NCBI GenBank assembly: GCA_002373615.1
Contig: DFKU01000050.1
Location: 1-61,148 of the forward strand
DNA length: 61,148 nt
Reading direction: 5' to 3'
Source of the DNA: Alphaproteobacteria bacterium UBA3637
Lineage (GTDB): Bacteria > Pseudomonadota > Alphaproteobacteria > CAAHEQ01 > UBA3637
The notes beneath the pieces are model-generated. The model did not search any database. It worked only from the letters and a program-made list of their open reading frames with translations, and was not told the origin of the DNA. Shown here in pieces: positions 18,454-27,007 of this stretch. The position numbers and the translations under genes were made by a program. Numbering within the stretch: position 1 is the first letter of the stretch; every line of letters begins with the position of its first letter.

Positions 18454-18473
18454 CTTCCCCCCCCTTTTTTTTA

Positions 18474-19934
18474 TTATTCGTCTTGGTTTTCATAGATTGA
18501 AAAAGCTTTTTGAATAGCACTTGTCCGAATATCAATGGGGTACTTTTTCGCATAACTTTGTTGCACTGCCCCCATTAAATCCATACTCCAATCCTTGACA
18601 GCTTCTTGTAATTCTGCCTCAGTTGGTGTTTCCTTGGATGGAAGAATACGCTTGGTATAAGCTAAAACAATTCCTTGGTCTGTTGAAAATTTTTGAACAT
18701 TTTCAGCCCCCACTTTTTGTGTCAAAAGAATCGCGCCAATTGTTTTAGGGAAATTTCCAACATCCGAATGACTGATGATTTGTGTCGCCGGTGTGTGATT
18801 TTTCCACCCTCTTCCTTGTTGAACGGAAGTTAAAATTTCTTCGGCTACCTGATTCAACTTTTCTTTTTGATTTTCTTGACGCCATAAAGCAGCGACATCG
18901 CCTTTTACTTCGGTAAATTTCTTATACCCTGCCGGAATCACCTTTTCAAGACCGGCCACCATAAAGCCATTTTCAATTTCCAGTAAAGAGGTTGCTTCCC
19001 CTTCCGACAAAGAAAAAATTTCAGGCAATAGAGGTTTTATTTTTTCTGAAATTTCTTTCCCTGATTTATCTTTCCCAGAGGCATCCACTATCAACGATTG
19101 AGCTGTATTTAGTTTTAAAGCAACTGCGGCCTCAGCTAACGTTTGCCCGGCCCCCAATAAATCCTCTAACCGATGGGAAACTTCAACCATTTTATCATAG
19201 TCATTGGAAAAATCAGCCGCATTAAAGGAAACGACACGCACTTGACGATATTCGGGAATCCCAAATTCTTCCTGATAAGCTTCATAATAATCCTTTAATT
19301 CTTCATCGGTAGGGGTAGTAACAGGCATATTATCAGGGGTTAACAAAACGCTGACAATTTCACGTTTTTCTTTTTTGGCTAAAGCCACCTTCTCCATTAA
19401 ATCTTTATTGCGCGGCGTTGCCACCATAACCGAACGGGCCAAATGTTGATTGGCCAATTCCATACGCATTTGGTGAGCAAATTCTGCTTGAGTCATGTTC
19501 ATGCCCGTTAAATACCCATAAAACAAATTCGCATCAAATTTTCCCAAAGAATCTTTGAAAACCGGATTTTGTTCAATATAGCGGCGCACAGCTTCATCCG
19601 AAGCCATCAGCCCCAATTCATCTTGGATTTGGTTATTGAGTTCACGCAAAGCCAGTTGCTGAACAACTTGATCCAAAAGACCGGCTTGAATGGCACGTTT
19701 CGGGGTCATATATCCCCCCGAAATTTTCGCCATCTTATTGCGTTCAGTATCAAAAGCACGCGACAAGTCCTGCATGGAAACTTTATTGGAGCCAACCTTT
19801 ATGACAGTCCCGTCAGAAGTCGAAGTATTTGAAATTCCCCCTAACCCCCAAAAGGCCATCATACTGAGCCCCAATAAAAAGAAAATTCCCTTGGCAATCC
19901 AACTGTTCCCTAATTTATTAAAAAAGCTAATCAT
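18474..19934 (-). CDS. ppiD: PpiD-like periplasmic chaperone (SurA N-terminal domain protein)
   Basis: N-terminal TM anchor MISFFNKLGNSWIAKGIFFLLGL, followed by a SurA_N-like region. Confidence 0.65.
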   Translation of the reverse strand: MISFFNKLGNSWIAKGIFFLLGLSMMAFWGLGGISNTSTSDGTVIKVGSNKVSMQDLSRAFDTERNKMAKISGGYMTPKRAIQAGLLDQVVQQLALRELNNQIQDELGLMASDEAVRRYIEQNPVFKDSLGKFDANLFYGYLTGMNMTQAEFAHQMRMELANQHLARSVMVATPRNKDLMEKVALAKKEKREIVSVLLTPDNMPVTTPTDEELKDYYEAYQEEFGIPEYRQVRVVSFNAADFSNDYDKMVEVSHRLEDLLGAGQTLAEAAVALKLNTAQSLIVDASGKDKSGKEISEKIKPLLPEIFSLSEGEATSLLEIENGFMVAGLEKVIPAGYKKFTEVKGDVAALWRQENQKEKLNQVAEEILTSVQQGRGWKNHTPATQIISHSDVGNFPKTIGAILLTQKVGAENVQKFSTDQGIVLAYTKRILPSKETPTEAELQEAVKDWSMDLMGAVQQSYAKKYPIDIRTSAIQKAFSIYENQDE

Positions 19935-20066
19935 CTTGAATCCTTTCGTTTTTAAGGTATTCTAGCCAAAAACGCCCCATAAATCAAGCTTTTTTTATGG
20001 GGGGGAAAAAGGCTTGCATTTCGGATAAATTTATGCTAAATATTTTGCATTAAAAGAGGGGGAAAA

Positions 20067-22262
20067 ATGGCTTTTACATCACTTGATTTAGCACAGAAAT
20101 TAGAAAATGGTTCCTTAAAAGGCGATCCTTTTTCAGTGTTGGGCATGCATGAATCCCCCGACGGAAAGGGATTATTTATTCGTACTATGCAGCCACAAGC
20201 CAAAGCGGTGGAGGTTTTGGATAAGAACAAAAAAAAATTGGGGAAAATGACACAGATTTTTGGAGGAATTTTTCAGCTGAACCTCCCCAAAGCAAAAGAT
20301 TTTTTTGCATACAATTTCAAGATTACTCTGCCTGATGATAGCGTTTATGAAGTGGATGATCCCTATCGTTTTTTGCCTGTCTTGGGGGATATGGATTTAT
20401 ACCTGTTCGGCGAAGGTCAGCACTGGGAAATTTATAAAAAACTGGGGGCACACCTTATCACACATCAAGGCGTGCAGGGGGTATCCTTTGCCGTTTGGGC
20501 ACCGAATGCATCCCGTGTCAGTGTGGTCGGCAGTTTCAACAACTGGGATGGACGTCGCCATTTAATGCGCCCCCGCGGGTCCAGCGGGATTTGGGAAATT
20601 TTTATCCCAGGCCTATCTGAGTGGGATATTTATAAATACGAGTTGCTGGATAAGGATGGGCGATTGTTACCATTAAAAGCCGACCCCTACGGGTTTGTGA
20701 GTGAAGTGCGTCCCAAAACAGGAAGTTTGGTTTATGATATTGCTAGTTACGCTTGGCATGATGAAAAGTGGATGGAAAACAGGGCAAAAAACACAAATCA
20801 TCGGGAGCACCCCATTTCCATTTATGAAGTACATTTAGGGTCATGGCGCAGGGACGAAAATAATCGTTGGCAGACCTATCTGGAAATGGCAAGGGAATTA
20901 CCAAAATATGTAAAAGAAATGGGCTTTACGCATGTGGAATTTTTACCCGTGGCTGAGTTTCCCTTTGACGGCAGTTGGGGATACCAAGAAACAGGGCTTT
21001 ATGCCCCCACCAGCCGCTATGGGACGCCTGGGGATTTTCGGTATTTAATTGACCAACTTCATCAAGCAAACATTGGTGTTATTATGGATTGGGTACCAGC
21101 TCATTTTCCCAAGGATGCTTTCGGGTTAGCTAACTTTGATGGCACAGCCCTTTATGAACACGCGGATCCACGTAAAGGTGAACACAAAGATTGGGGAACA
21201 AAAATTTACAATTATGGACGCAATGAAGTATCCAATTTTTTGCTCGCCAATGCCCTATTTTGGATTCGGGAATACCATATTGACGGACTGCGCGTAGATG
21301 CGGTGGCCAGTATGCTGTATTTGGATTATTCACGTAAAGACGGGGAATGGATTCCCAATCAATATGGCGGGCGGGAAAACTTGGAGGCGATTGCCCTTTT
21401 GCGGAAATTGAATGAACTGGTCTATGGGGAAAAATCAGGCGCCATAACCATTGCCGAAGAATCCACCGCTTGGCCGATGGTATCACGTCCCACCTATTTG
21501 GGGGGCTTAGGTTTTGGTTTTAAGTGGAATATGGGCTGGATGCATGATACCTTGGGGTACATGAAAGAAGATCCCGTCAACCGCAAGTATCATCAAAATG
21601 AACTGACGTTCAGCTTTTTATACGCCTTTACAGAAAATTTTGTTTTACCACTATCGCATGATGAAGTGGTGCATGGAAAAGGCACCATTTTAGGACGTAT
21701 GCCGGGCGATGAATGGCAGAGATTTGCAAATTTGCGTGCCTATTATGGATACATGTTTATGCACCCTGGGAAAAAGCTACTGTTCATGGGGCAAGAATGG
21801 GGCTCAACACGCGAGTGGAATTACGCCAGCTCTTTGGAATGGCATTTGTTACAATACCCAGTCCATAAAGGCGTTCAAACACTGGTCAAAGAACTAAATG
21901 CTTTTTATTGTAATCACCCCGAACTCTATTCATTGGATTGTGAAGGAAGCGGCTTTGAATGGATTGATGGAAGTGATGTGGAAAATTCATGTCTGACCTT
22001 CAAGCGCAAAGATAAAAATGGGAATTCATTGATTGTCGCTTGCAATTTCACACCGGTACCACGTTACAACTACCGTATCGGTGTGGATGAAAAGGGAACA
22101 TATCGGGAAGTCTTTAACACGGATTTAGCCAAATATAATGGCTCTGATACCAAAAACGTGGGAGATATTCAAACAGAAGAACCTGGTTGGAATTTTAAAC
22201 CCTATGCCCTCAGGGTTGTTTTGCCCCCACTGGCTGTTGTTGTATTTCAGATAAAAAAATAA
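20067..22262 (+). CDS. glgB: 1,4-alpha-glucan branching enzyme
   Basis: 731 aa with GH13 motifs ([32 protein letters not shown]). Confidence 0.95.
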   Translation: MAFTSLDLAQKLENGSLKGDPFSVLGMHESPDGKGLFIRTMQPQAKAVEVLDKNKKKLGKMTQIFGGIFQLNLPKAKDFFAYNFKITLPDDSVYEVDDPYRFLPVLGDMDLYLFGEGQHWEIYKKLGAHLITHQGVQGVSFAVWAPNASRVSVVGSFNNWDGRRHLMRPRGSSGIWEIFIPGLSEWDIYKYELLDKDGRLLPLKADPYGFVSEVRPKTGSLVYDIASYAWHDEKWMENRAKNTNHREHPISIYEVHLGSWRRDENNRWQTYLEMARELPKYVKEMGFTHVEFLPVAEFPFDGSWGYQETGLYAPTSRYGTPGDFRYLIDQLHQANIGVIMDWVPAHFPKDAFGLANFDGTALYEHADPRKGEHKDWGTKIYNYGRNEVSNFLLANALFWIREYHIDGLRVDAVASMLYLDYSRKDGEWIPNQYGGRENLEAIALLRKLNELVYGEKSGAITIAEESTAWPMVSRPTYLGGLGFGFKWNMGWMHDTLGYMKEDPVNRKYHQNELTFSFLYAFTENFVLPLSHDEVVHGKGTILGRMPGDEWQRFANLRAYYGYMFMHPGKKLLFMGQEWGSTREWNYASSLEWHLLQYPVHKGVQTLVKELNAFYCNHPELYSLDCEGSGFEWIDGSDVENSCLTFKRKDKNGNSLIVACNFTPVPRYNYRIGVDEKGTYREVFNTDLAKYNGSDTKNVGDIQTEEPGWNFKPYALRVVLPPLAVVVFQIKK

Positions 22263-22323
22263 TTATTTAATAATTCCTTTCTTTTTTTTAATTTTTATAT
22301 TATATTAAAGAAAAGGGGAGAAA

Positions 22324-24399
22324 ATGAATTTAGAAGTTTTACCGGGATTGCCTTATCCGTTAGGGGCCAATTATGATGGCAACGGAGTCAATTTTGCTTT
22401 GTTTTCCAAAAATGCAACACGGGTGCAATTATGTTTGTTTGACCACAATGGAAAAAATGAAAAAAGAATTGATCTGCCGCGTTTCACAGATGAAGTGTGG
22501 CATGGGTATATCAAGGGTTTGAAATGGGGACAAAGATATGCCTACCGTGTATATGGTCCCTATGAACCCGAAAAGGGCATGCGTTTTAATCCCCATAAAT
22601 TGGTCTTAGATCCCTACGCCAAAAAATTGACGGGCCCCGTGATTGCCAATAATGCTCAGCTGGGGTACAATTTAAGTTCAGAAAAACAAGACCTTTCACT
22701 GTCGCGCAAAAATGATATGGATTTTATGCCCAAATGTATCGTGGTGGATGATAGTCATTTTGATTGGAGAAATTCCCAAAAGCCCCGTTTGAATTGGGAT
22801 GAAGAAACGATTTATGAAACACATGTCAAAGGATTCACCGCCTTGAATCCCGAGGTTGAAAAAGCCTTTCGTGGAACCTTTAAAGGCTTATCGCACCCCA
22901 AAGTGATTGAGTATTTAAAATCCTTACAAATTTCGGCAGTGGAATTATTACCCATCGCCACCTTTATGACAACAGGACCTTTACAACAAAAAGGCCTCAC
23001 CAACTATTGGGGATACGATCCTATTTTATTTATGTGTCCTTATGCACCTTATTTGGCTTCTGGAGGAGTATCTGAACTGAAACGAGCAGTGCGATTACTC
23101 CACGAAGCAAACATTGAGGTCATTTTGGATGTCGTTTATAATCACACTGCGGAAGGCAATCAATTTGGGCCTACGCTTTGTTATCGGGGGATTGATAATG
23201 CGGTTTATTATCGGTTAAATCAGGAAAATCCGCGTTATTATGAAGACACAACTGGTTGTGGCGCCAGCTTTAATTTGGGGCACCCCCGCGTTTTGCAATT
23301 GGTGATGGATAGTTTGCGGTATTGGTCCGATACCATGCAAATTGACGGGTTCCGCTTTGATTTGGCCACCACTTTGGCACGTGACGATAAAAACACTTTC
23401 GTGCGTAATTCTGATTTCTTAAGCATTGTGCAACAAGACCCAGAGCTGCAACGCTTAAAATTGATTGCCGAGCCTTGGGATTTAGGGGAAGGCGGCTATC
23501 AGGTGGGATCTTTCCGCCCCGGCTGGGCCGAATGGAATGACAAATTCCGTGATACTGTGCGTCGTTTCTGGAAAGGCGATTATAATCAGGCGGCCGACTT
23601 TGCCAAGCGCATGACGGGTTCCGCTGATGTGTATCAAAAAAATGGGCGCAAGCCTTGGGAAACTGTGAACTTTATCACAGCACATGACGGCTTCGGGTTG
23701 GCGGATTTGGTGAGTTTCAATCAAAAGCACAATGAAGCCAACGGGGAAGACAACCGTGATGGAACGGATAACAATTCGTCTTGGAACGGGGGCGTGGAAG
23801 GTGCCACAACAGATAAAGCTATCTTAAAAAATCGCTCAGATCGGGCGCGCGCCATGATGACATCGCTTTTGTGTTCAGCCGGCACCCCAATGATTCGGGC
23901 GGGGGATGAAATTTTACAAACAAACCATGGCAACAATAACCTGTATGCGCAGGATAATAAAACCTCATGGATTGACTGGGAACACATAACGCCTGAGGGG
24001 AAAGAAATGCAGAATTTGGTGAAGTGGCTGATGAATTTCAGGCGCAACCACAAAGTCATGGAATACCATGATTTTTATGATGAAGGCGACTTTGTTTGGT
24101 ATCGCCCCGACGGGCAACCCATGACACCAGAGGATTGGCAGAATTATGTGAGGGCTGTATCCTATTTTATCCGCCAAGATCAAACACGGCTTTTCTTCAT
24201 TTTCAATGCTTTTGATCAGGCCATTAAATGGAAATTACCCGTTTTGGAAAAAGGGCGTAAGTGGCAAATAAAATTAGATACCTCGGACACAAATCCATTA
24301 TTGCGTGGCGGGCAAATTATGGTGCCCCCTTGGAGCGTTTTAATTTTCACCGGCAAAGATGAAAAAGAAGGCCACACATGTAAAAATAATCCCATATAA
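22324..24399 (+). CDS. glgX: Glycogen debranching enzyme
   Basis: 691 aa. GH13_11-type motifs (DVVYNHT, GFRFDLA, AEPWD, ITAHDGF). Confidence 0.93.
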   Translation: MNLEVLPGLPYPLGANYDGNGVNFALFSKNATRVQLCLFDHNGKNEKRIDLPRFTDEVWHGYIKGLKWGQRYAYRVYGPYEPEKGMRFNPHKLVLDPYAKKLTGPVIANNAQLGYNLSSEKQDLSLSRKNDMDFMPKCIVVDDSHFDWRNSQKPRLNWDEETIYETHVKGFTALNPEVEKAFRGTFKGLSHPKVIEYLKSLQISAVELLPIATFMTTGPLQQKGLTNYWGYDPILFMCPYAPYLASGGVSELKRAVRLLHEANIEVILDVVYNHTAEGNQFGPTLCYRGIDNAVYYRLNQENPRYYEDTTGCGASFNLGHPRVLQLVMDSLRYWSDTMQIDGFRFDLATTLARDDKNTFVRNSDFLSIVQQDPELQRLKLIAEPWDLGEGGYQVGSFRPGWAEWNDKFRDTVRRFWKGDYNQAADFAKRMTGSADVYQKNGRKPWETVNFITAHDGFGLADLVSFNQKHNEANGEDNRDGTDNNSSWNGGVEGATTDKAILKNRSDRARAMMTSLLCSAGTPMIRAGDEILQTNHGNNNLYAQDNKTSWIDWEHITPEGKEMQNLVKWLMNFRRNHKVMEYHDFYDEGDFVWYRPDGQPMTPEDWQNYVRAVSYFIRQDQTRLFFIFNAFDQAIKWKLPVLEKGRKWQIKLDTSDTNPLLRGGQIMVPPWSVLIFTGKDEKEGHTCKNNPI

Positions 24400-24417
24400 A
24401 AATACTATTTCTTAAAA

Positions 24418-25734
24418 TTATTCACATAAAGCTACAGGGTATGTTGAATACATCAACCATTTTAAATGTGGGTACATTCTTTCATAACCACTGGATTCTA
24501 TTGTTTGAGTATATCCATTAGTACAATCTTTTTCTAAATCCACATGGAATATTCCAATATAAGAACTTCCCAAATTTTCACTTTCCGCATTAAAAGCATT
24601 ATAAATCCATTTATCGCGGGCATTTACATAATCAGGAGTAACATTCGAACAATTTTCCAATGACCGCAATGTTTCTAATGTCACCAAATGCCCCTGATGA
24701 CCATCGATGGTTAACCTTTGACAAAAGTTTTTTGCAGACCAAGAAGTCATTCCCGCTATTGAACGAACAAAGTGTTTCTTTAAATTTTTTTCTTTATTGA
24801 TCCATGCATATACATCTGTGTATGTCGGTATAGGCTGACACGTTCCACGAGTAACTTTCACACATGTGTGAGAAGAATCACTATAATCCCCCTTTTGTTC
24901 GCAGTATTGTTCGGTATTTTCACACCATTGATTTGAGGTGCAATACGACACTTGGCGACACCCTTTGCTTCCATCACTGGACATATCGCAAACTTCATTT
25001 GATTCACAACAAGTATCACCACAAGGGGAACGCTGGTCCCCACAAAGACATTCCCCAGCAAAACAAGATGTTCCATCCATACATGAATCGCAACATTTTT
25101 CTTGACAAGAACCCGCATATTGTCCAACTCTACACCATTCAAATCCTGCAGCGCTACAGGAGATATCATTTATAAATTCCCCTGCGACAGGGTTGGTCGT
25201 CATATCATTATTATAAACCATCAAGAAAGTATTATCATCACCGCAGGTGGTAAGGGCTGTTTTAGGGCTATCCGTTGTTGATAATCTGCGGATAACTGTA
25301 TTATCCCCCAAAGTATTCAGGATATTCTGACAGATTTCTTTGTTCACACCTGATACTTTAATCCCAAATTGGCCTTCAGGTAAATTATCCGCTTTGGTAT
25401 AAACTTTTGCATCAAATATGGCATAACCCAAATTATTATTGGTAAATTCCGTTAAAGTTGGATTAGCATTATTTTGTAATTGAATTTGTGGGACTACCAA
25501 GGTCGCCCGTTTTTGGGCTTCATTGATGATGGTATTCGCTTTATTCTTATCCATCGCATTTTTAAAACCCGCTATTCCTGCAACAGACAAAACACCGATG
25601 ACAGCCAACACGCCCAGCATTTCGACCATGGAACGACCTGATTCTCCGTCATTCTGAGGGCAACACCCGAAGAATCTGATACCAGATCCTTCACTACGTT
25701 CAGGATGACGATATACTTTATAATTTTTACTCAT
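24418..25734 (-). CDS. Prepilin-type N-terminal domain protein, paralog 3, with Cys-rich spacer and a C-type-lectin-like C-terminus
   Basis: Start ATG at 25734 (RBS GGAAAAGG). The leader MSKNYKVYRHPERSEGSGIRFFGCCPQNDGESG|RSMVEMLGVLAVIGVLSVAGIAGF contains an in-frame MITE. Conserved head (FGIKVSGVNKEICQNILNTLGDNTVIRRL...FLMVYNNDM). C-terminus ...MTSWSAKNFCQRL..GHLVTLETL...WIYNAF...YPVALCE. Confidence 0.75.
   Translation of the reverse strand: MSKNYKVYRHPERSEGSGIRFFGCCPQNDGESGRSMVEMLGVLAVIGVLSVAGIAGFKNAMDKNKANTIINEAQKRATLVVPQIQLQNNANPTLTEFTNNNLGYAIFDAKVYTKADNLPEGQFGIKVSGVNKEICQNILNTLGDNTVIRRLSTTDSPKTALTTCGDDNTFLMVYNNDMTTNPVAGEFINDISCSAAGFEWCRVGQYAGSCQEKCCDSCMDGTSCFAGECLCGDQRSPCGDTCCESNEVCDMSSDGSKGCRQVSYCTSNQWCENTEQYCEQKGDYSDSSHTCVKVTRGTCQPIPTYTDVYAWINKEKNLKKHFVRSIAGMTSWSAKNFCQRLTIDGHQGHLVTLETLRSLENCSNVTPDYVNARDKWIYNAFNAESENLGSSYIGIFHVDLEKDCTNGYTQTIESSGYERMYPHLKWLMYSTYPVALCE
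25647..25710. mobile_element. Palindromic MITE-like repeat inserted in frame in the prepilin leader of 24418..25734
   Basis: On the minus strand: CGTCATCCTGAACGTAGTGAAGGATCTGGTATCAGATTCTTCGGGTGTTGCCCTCAGAATGACG. It has terminal inverted repeats and translates to HPERSEGSGIRFFGCCPQND. Confidence 0.6.
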
Positions 25735-25753
25735 TTTATTTACCTTTTCCCTA

Positions 25754-25986
25754 TAAAAAATTGTGCCACTTGGCGTGAAAGTGGCTGGATGTTCAAAACT
25801 ATTCCACAAGTGATAGTGCGGTATATTACTCCGCAGCGGCTTTTATTCTACCGCCATCCAACCAATTGGTTTTCCGGCAGCAAATTACGCATTTACTTTA
25901 GCGCTTGTGGAATGAGGTTTTGAACCCTCTGAACGGACGCCAACCCGTTCATGAAAAAGTTTAGCATAAAGAAAATCCTTTTGCAA
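25754..25986 (-). promoter_or_regulatory. Promoter plus structured 5' leader (copy C) ending in a terminator, upstream of prepilin-like gene 24418..25734
   Basis: On the minus strand: TTGCAA(25986-25981)-17 nt-TAAACT(25963-25958). Hairpin GAACGG/CCGTTC. GGTTGGATG (plus-strand 25855-25863) pairs with CATCCAGCC (25783-25791), enclosing two GAATA motifs. Terminator GCCACTT-N7-AAGTGGC (25765-25785) plus T-run. Confidence 0.5.
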
Positions 25987-26017
25987 CTTTAAAAATGCCC
26001 CCCCCTTAAAAAAGTGC

Positions 26018-26046
26018 TTGCAAAAAGAAAAATTTTCGTGTATAAT
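26018..26046 (+). promoter_or_regulatory. Sigma-70-type promoter of tRNA-Glu
   Basis: TTGCAA(26018-23)-17 nt-TATAAT(26041-46), about 18 nt upstream of the tRNA 5' end. Confidence 0.6.
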
Positions 26047-26064
26047 AAAATGCATTGTTCGACC

Positions 26065-26140
26065 GACCCTATCGTCTAGAGGCCTAGGACATCGCCCTTT
26101 CACGGCGGTAACGCGAGTTCGAATCTCGCTAGGGTCACCA
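26065..26140 (+). tRNA. tRNA-Glu (anticodon UUC)
   Basis: Folded by hand. Acceptor GACCCTA/TAGGGTC. D-arm GTCT-AGAGGCCTA-GGAC. Anticodon stem TCGCC/GGCGG with loop CTTTCAC. T-arm GCGAG-TTCGAAT-CTCGC. CCA is encoded. Confidence 0.92.
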
Positions 26141-26148
26141 AGAATAAG

Positions 26149-26171
26149 CCACCCAAGAGGGTGGATTTTTT
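26149..26171 (+). terminator. Intrinsic terminator after tRNA-Glu
   Basis: CCACCC-AAGA-GGGTGG followed by ATTTTTT. Confidence 0.75.
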
Positions 26172-26279
26172 GTGACCTATATGAGATTTGGCCGAGCAGA
26201 GTTCGTTCATTGAGCAAAAGCGAAATGGACGCCGAAGACGGTCCTAAAGGAACGAGGGATGAGGGATAATATCCCGAAC

Positions 26280-26306
26280 AATCTCGCTAGGGTCACCAAG
26301 AATAAG
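26280..26306 (+). repeat. 27-bp direct repeat of the tRNA-Glu 3' end (att-like duplication)
   Basis: AATCTCGCTAGGGTCACCAAGAATAAG is identical at 26122-26148 and 26280-26306. Confidence 0.85.
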
Positions 26307-26327
26307 TCCTTTATTTACAAGGGCTTT

Positions 26328-26516
26328 TTAAATTTCCAAAATTTTGCTCTCAACCCAAGAAATCAAAATAGGTAGCAGAAAAATATTTTTGAAGTTCTGA
26401 AAATAAACTCTAAATCTCCTTATGTTCCCTTTATACTTAATCCAGCGCTTTTTGCAGGTATTTGTCTGATTCAGGGTCACTAATTCCATGTATATAAAAT
26501 GGGACTGGTTCAACAT
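26328..26516 (-). pseudogene. Remnant of an IS5-family transposase C-terminus
   Basis: ...CKKRWIKYKGNIRRFRVYFQNFKNIFLLPILISWV resembles the YK.R..IE..F..LK.FRRIATRY.K....FL....LA.I.IW C-terminal signature. No upstream DDE region is present. Confidence 0.4.
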
Positions 26517-26698
26517 TGTCCGATAATTCAGTGGAAGAATTGCGAGATAAAACTTTACTTAAAAGCTGTACAAACAGATTAAAATATATCACATATATAT
26601 TTTCTAATCTTCGTTATTTTTTATACTTGATATATTATTGAGAATAAGATAGAATTGCTTTTAAATTCAAAGGAACCTTAAAACTGAAAAGGCGATTT

Positions 26699-27007
26699 AT
26701 GAAACAAGTCATTGAAAAAAATGATAAAAATGATTTTTATATGTCCTTTTTAAAAGAGGTGGGTTCCCATATGCGTGAATATCGAAAAAAACAGGGAATA
26801 ACACAGGCTCAAATGGCACAAAAACTGGGAATGGCCTTTGTTAGTTATAACAGTATAGAACGTGGGATTGTTGGGACAACCGTCAAAACACTTTACAATA
26901 TTTCCCAACTTTTGGGAGTCTCCCCTGCCAGACTTATGTGTGATAAAGACGAAATTTTGTTCTCCAAAGCGGATATTGCCAAGTTTTATAGTCAGGGGGG
27001 AAAATGA
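26699..27007 (+). CDS. XRE-family HTH regulator, first gene of the glycosyltransferase operon
   Basis: QGITQAQMAQKLGMAFVSYNSIERG. Its stop overlaps the next start (ATGA). Confidence 0.7.
   Translation: MKQVIEKNDKNDFYMSFLKEVGSHMREYRKKQGITQAQMAQKLGMAFVSYNSIERGIVGTTVKTLYNISQLLGVSPARLMCDKDEILFSKADIAKFYSQGGK

Noticed and set aside
24418-24840. The C-type-lectin-like C-terminus of paralog 3 as the variable region of a diversity-generating retroelement.
   Set aside because: I see no reverse transcriptase gene and no template repeat matching the 3' end anywhere in the window. The C-terminal sequence also lacks the usual Asn-rich (AAY-codon) variable-region pattern.
25840-25860. GGCGGTAGAATA in leader C resembles the RfaH ops element (GGCGGTAGnnTG).
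   Set aside because: It is present in only one of the four leader copies, where the bases form part of conserved helices, and the last position mismatches. It is probably coincidental.
25885-26269. ORFs 25885-26217 (-) and 26018-26269 (+) as protein genes.
   Set aside because: They overlap the tRNA-Glu gene, its promoter and terminator, and the leader-C promoter. They have no coding signal.
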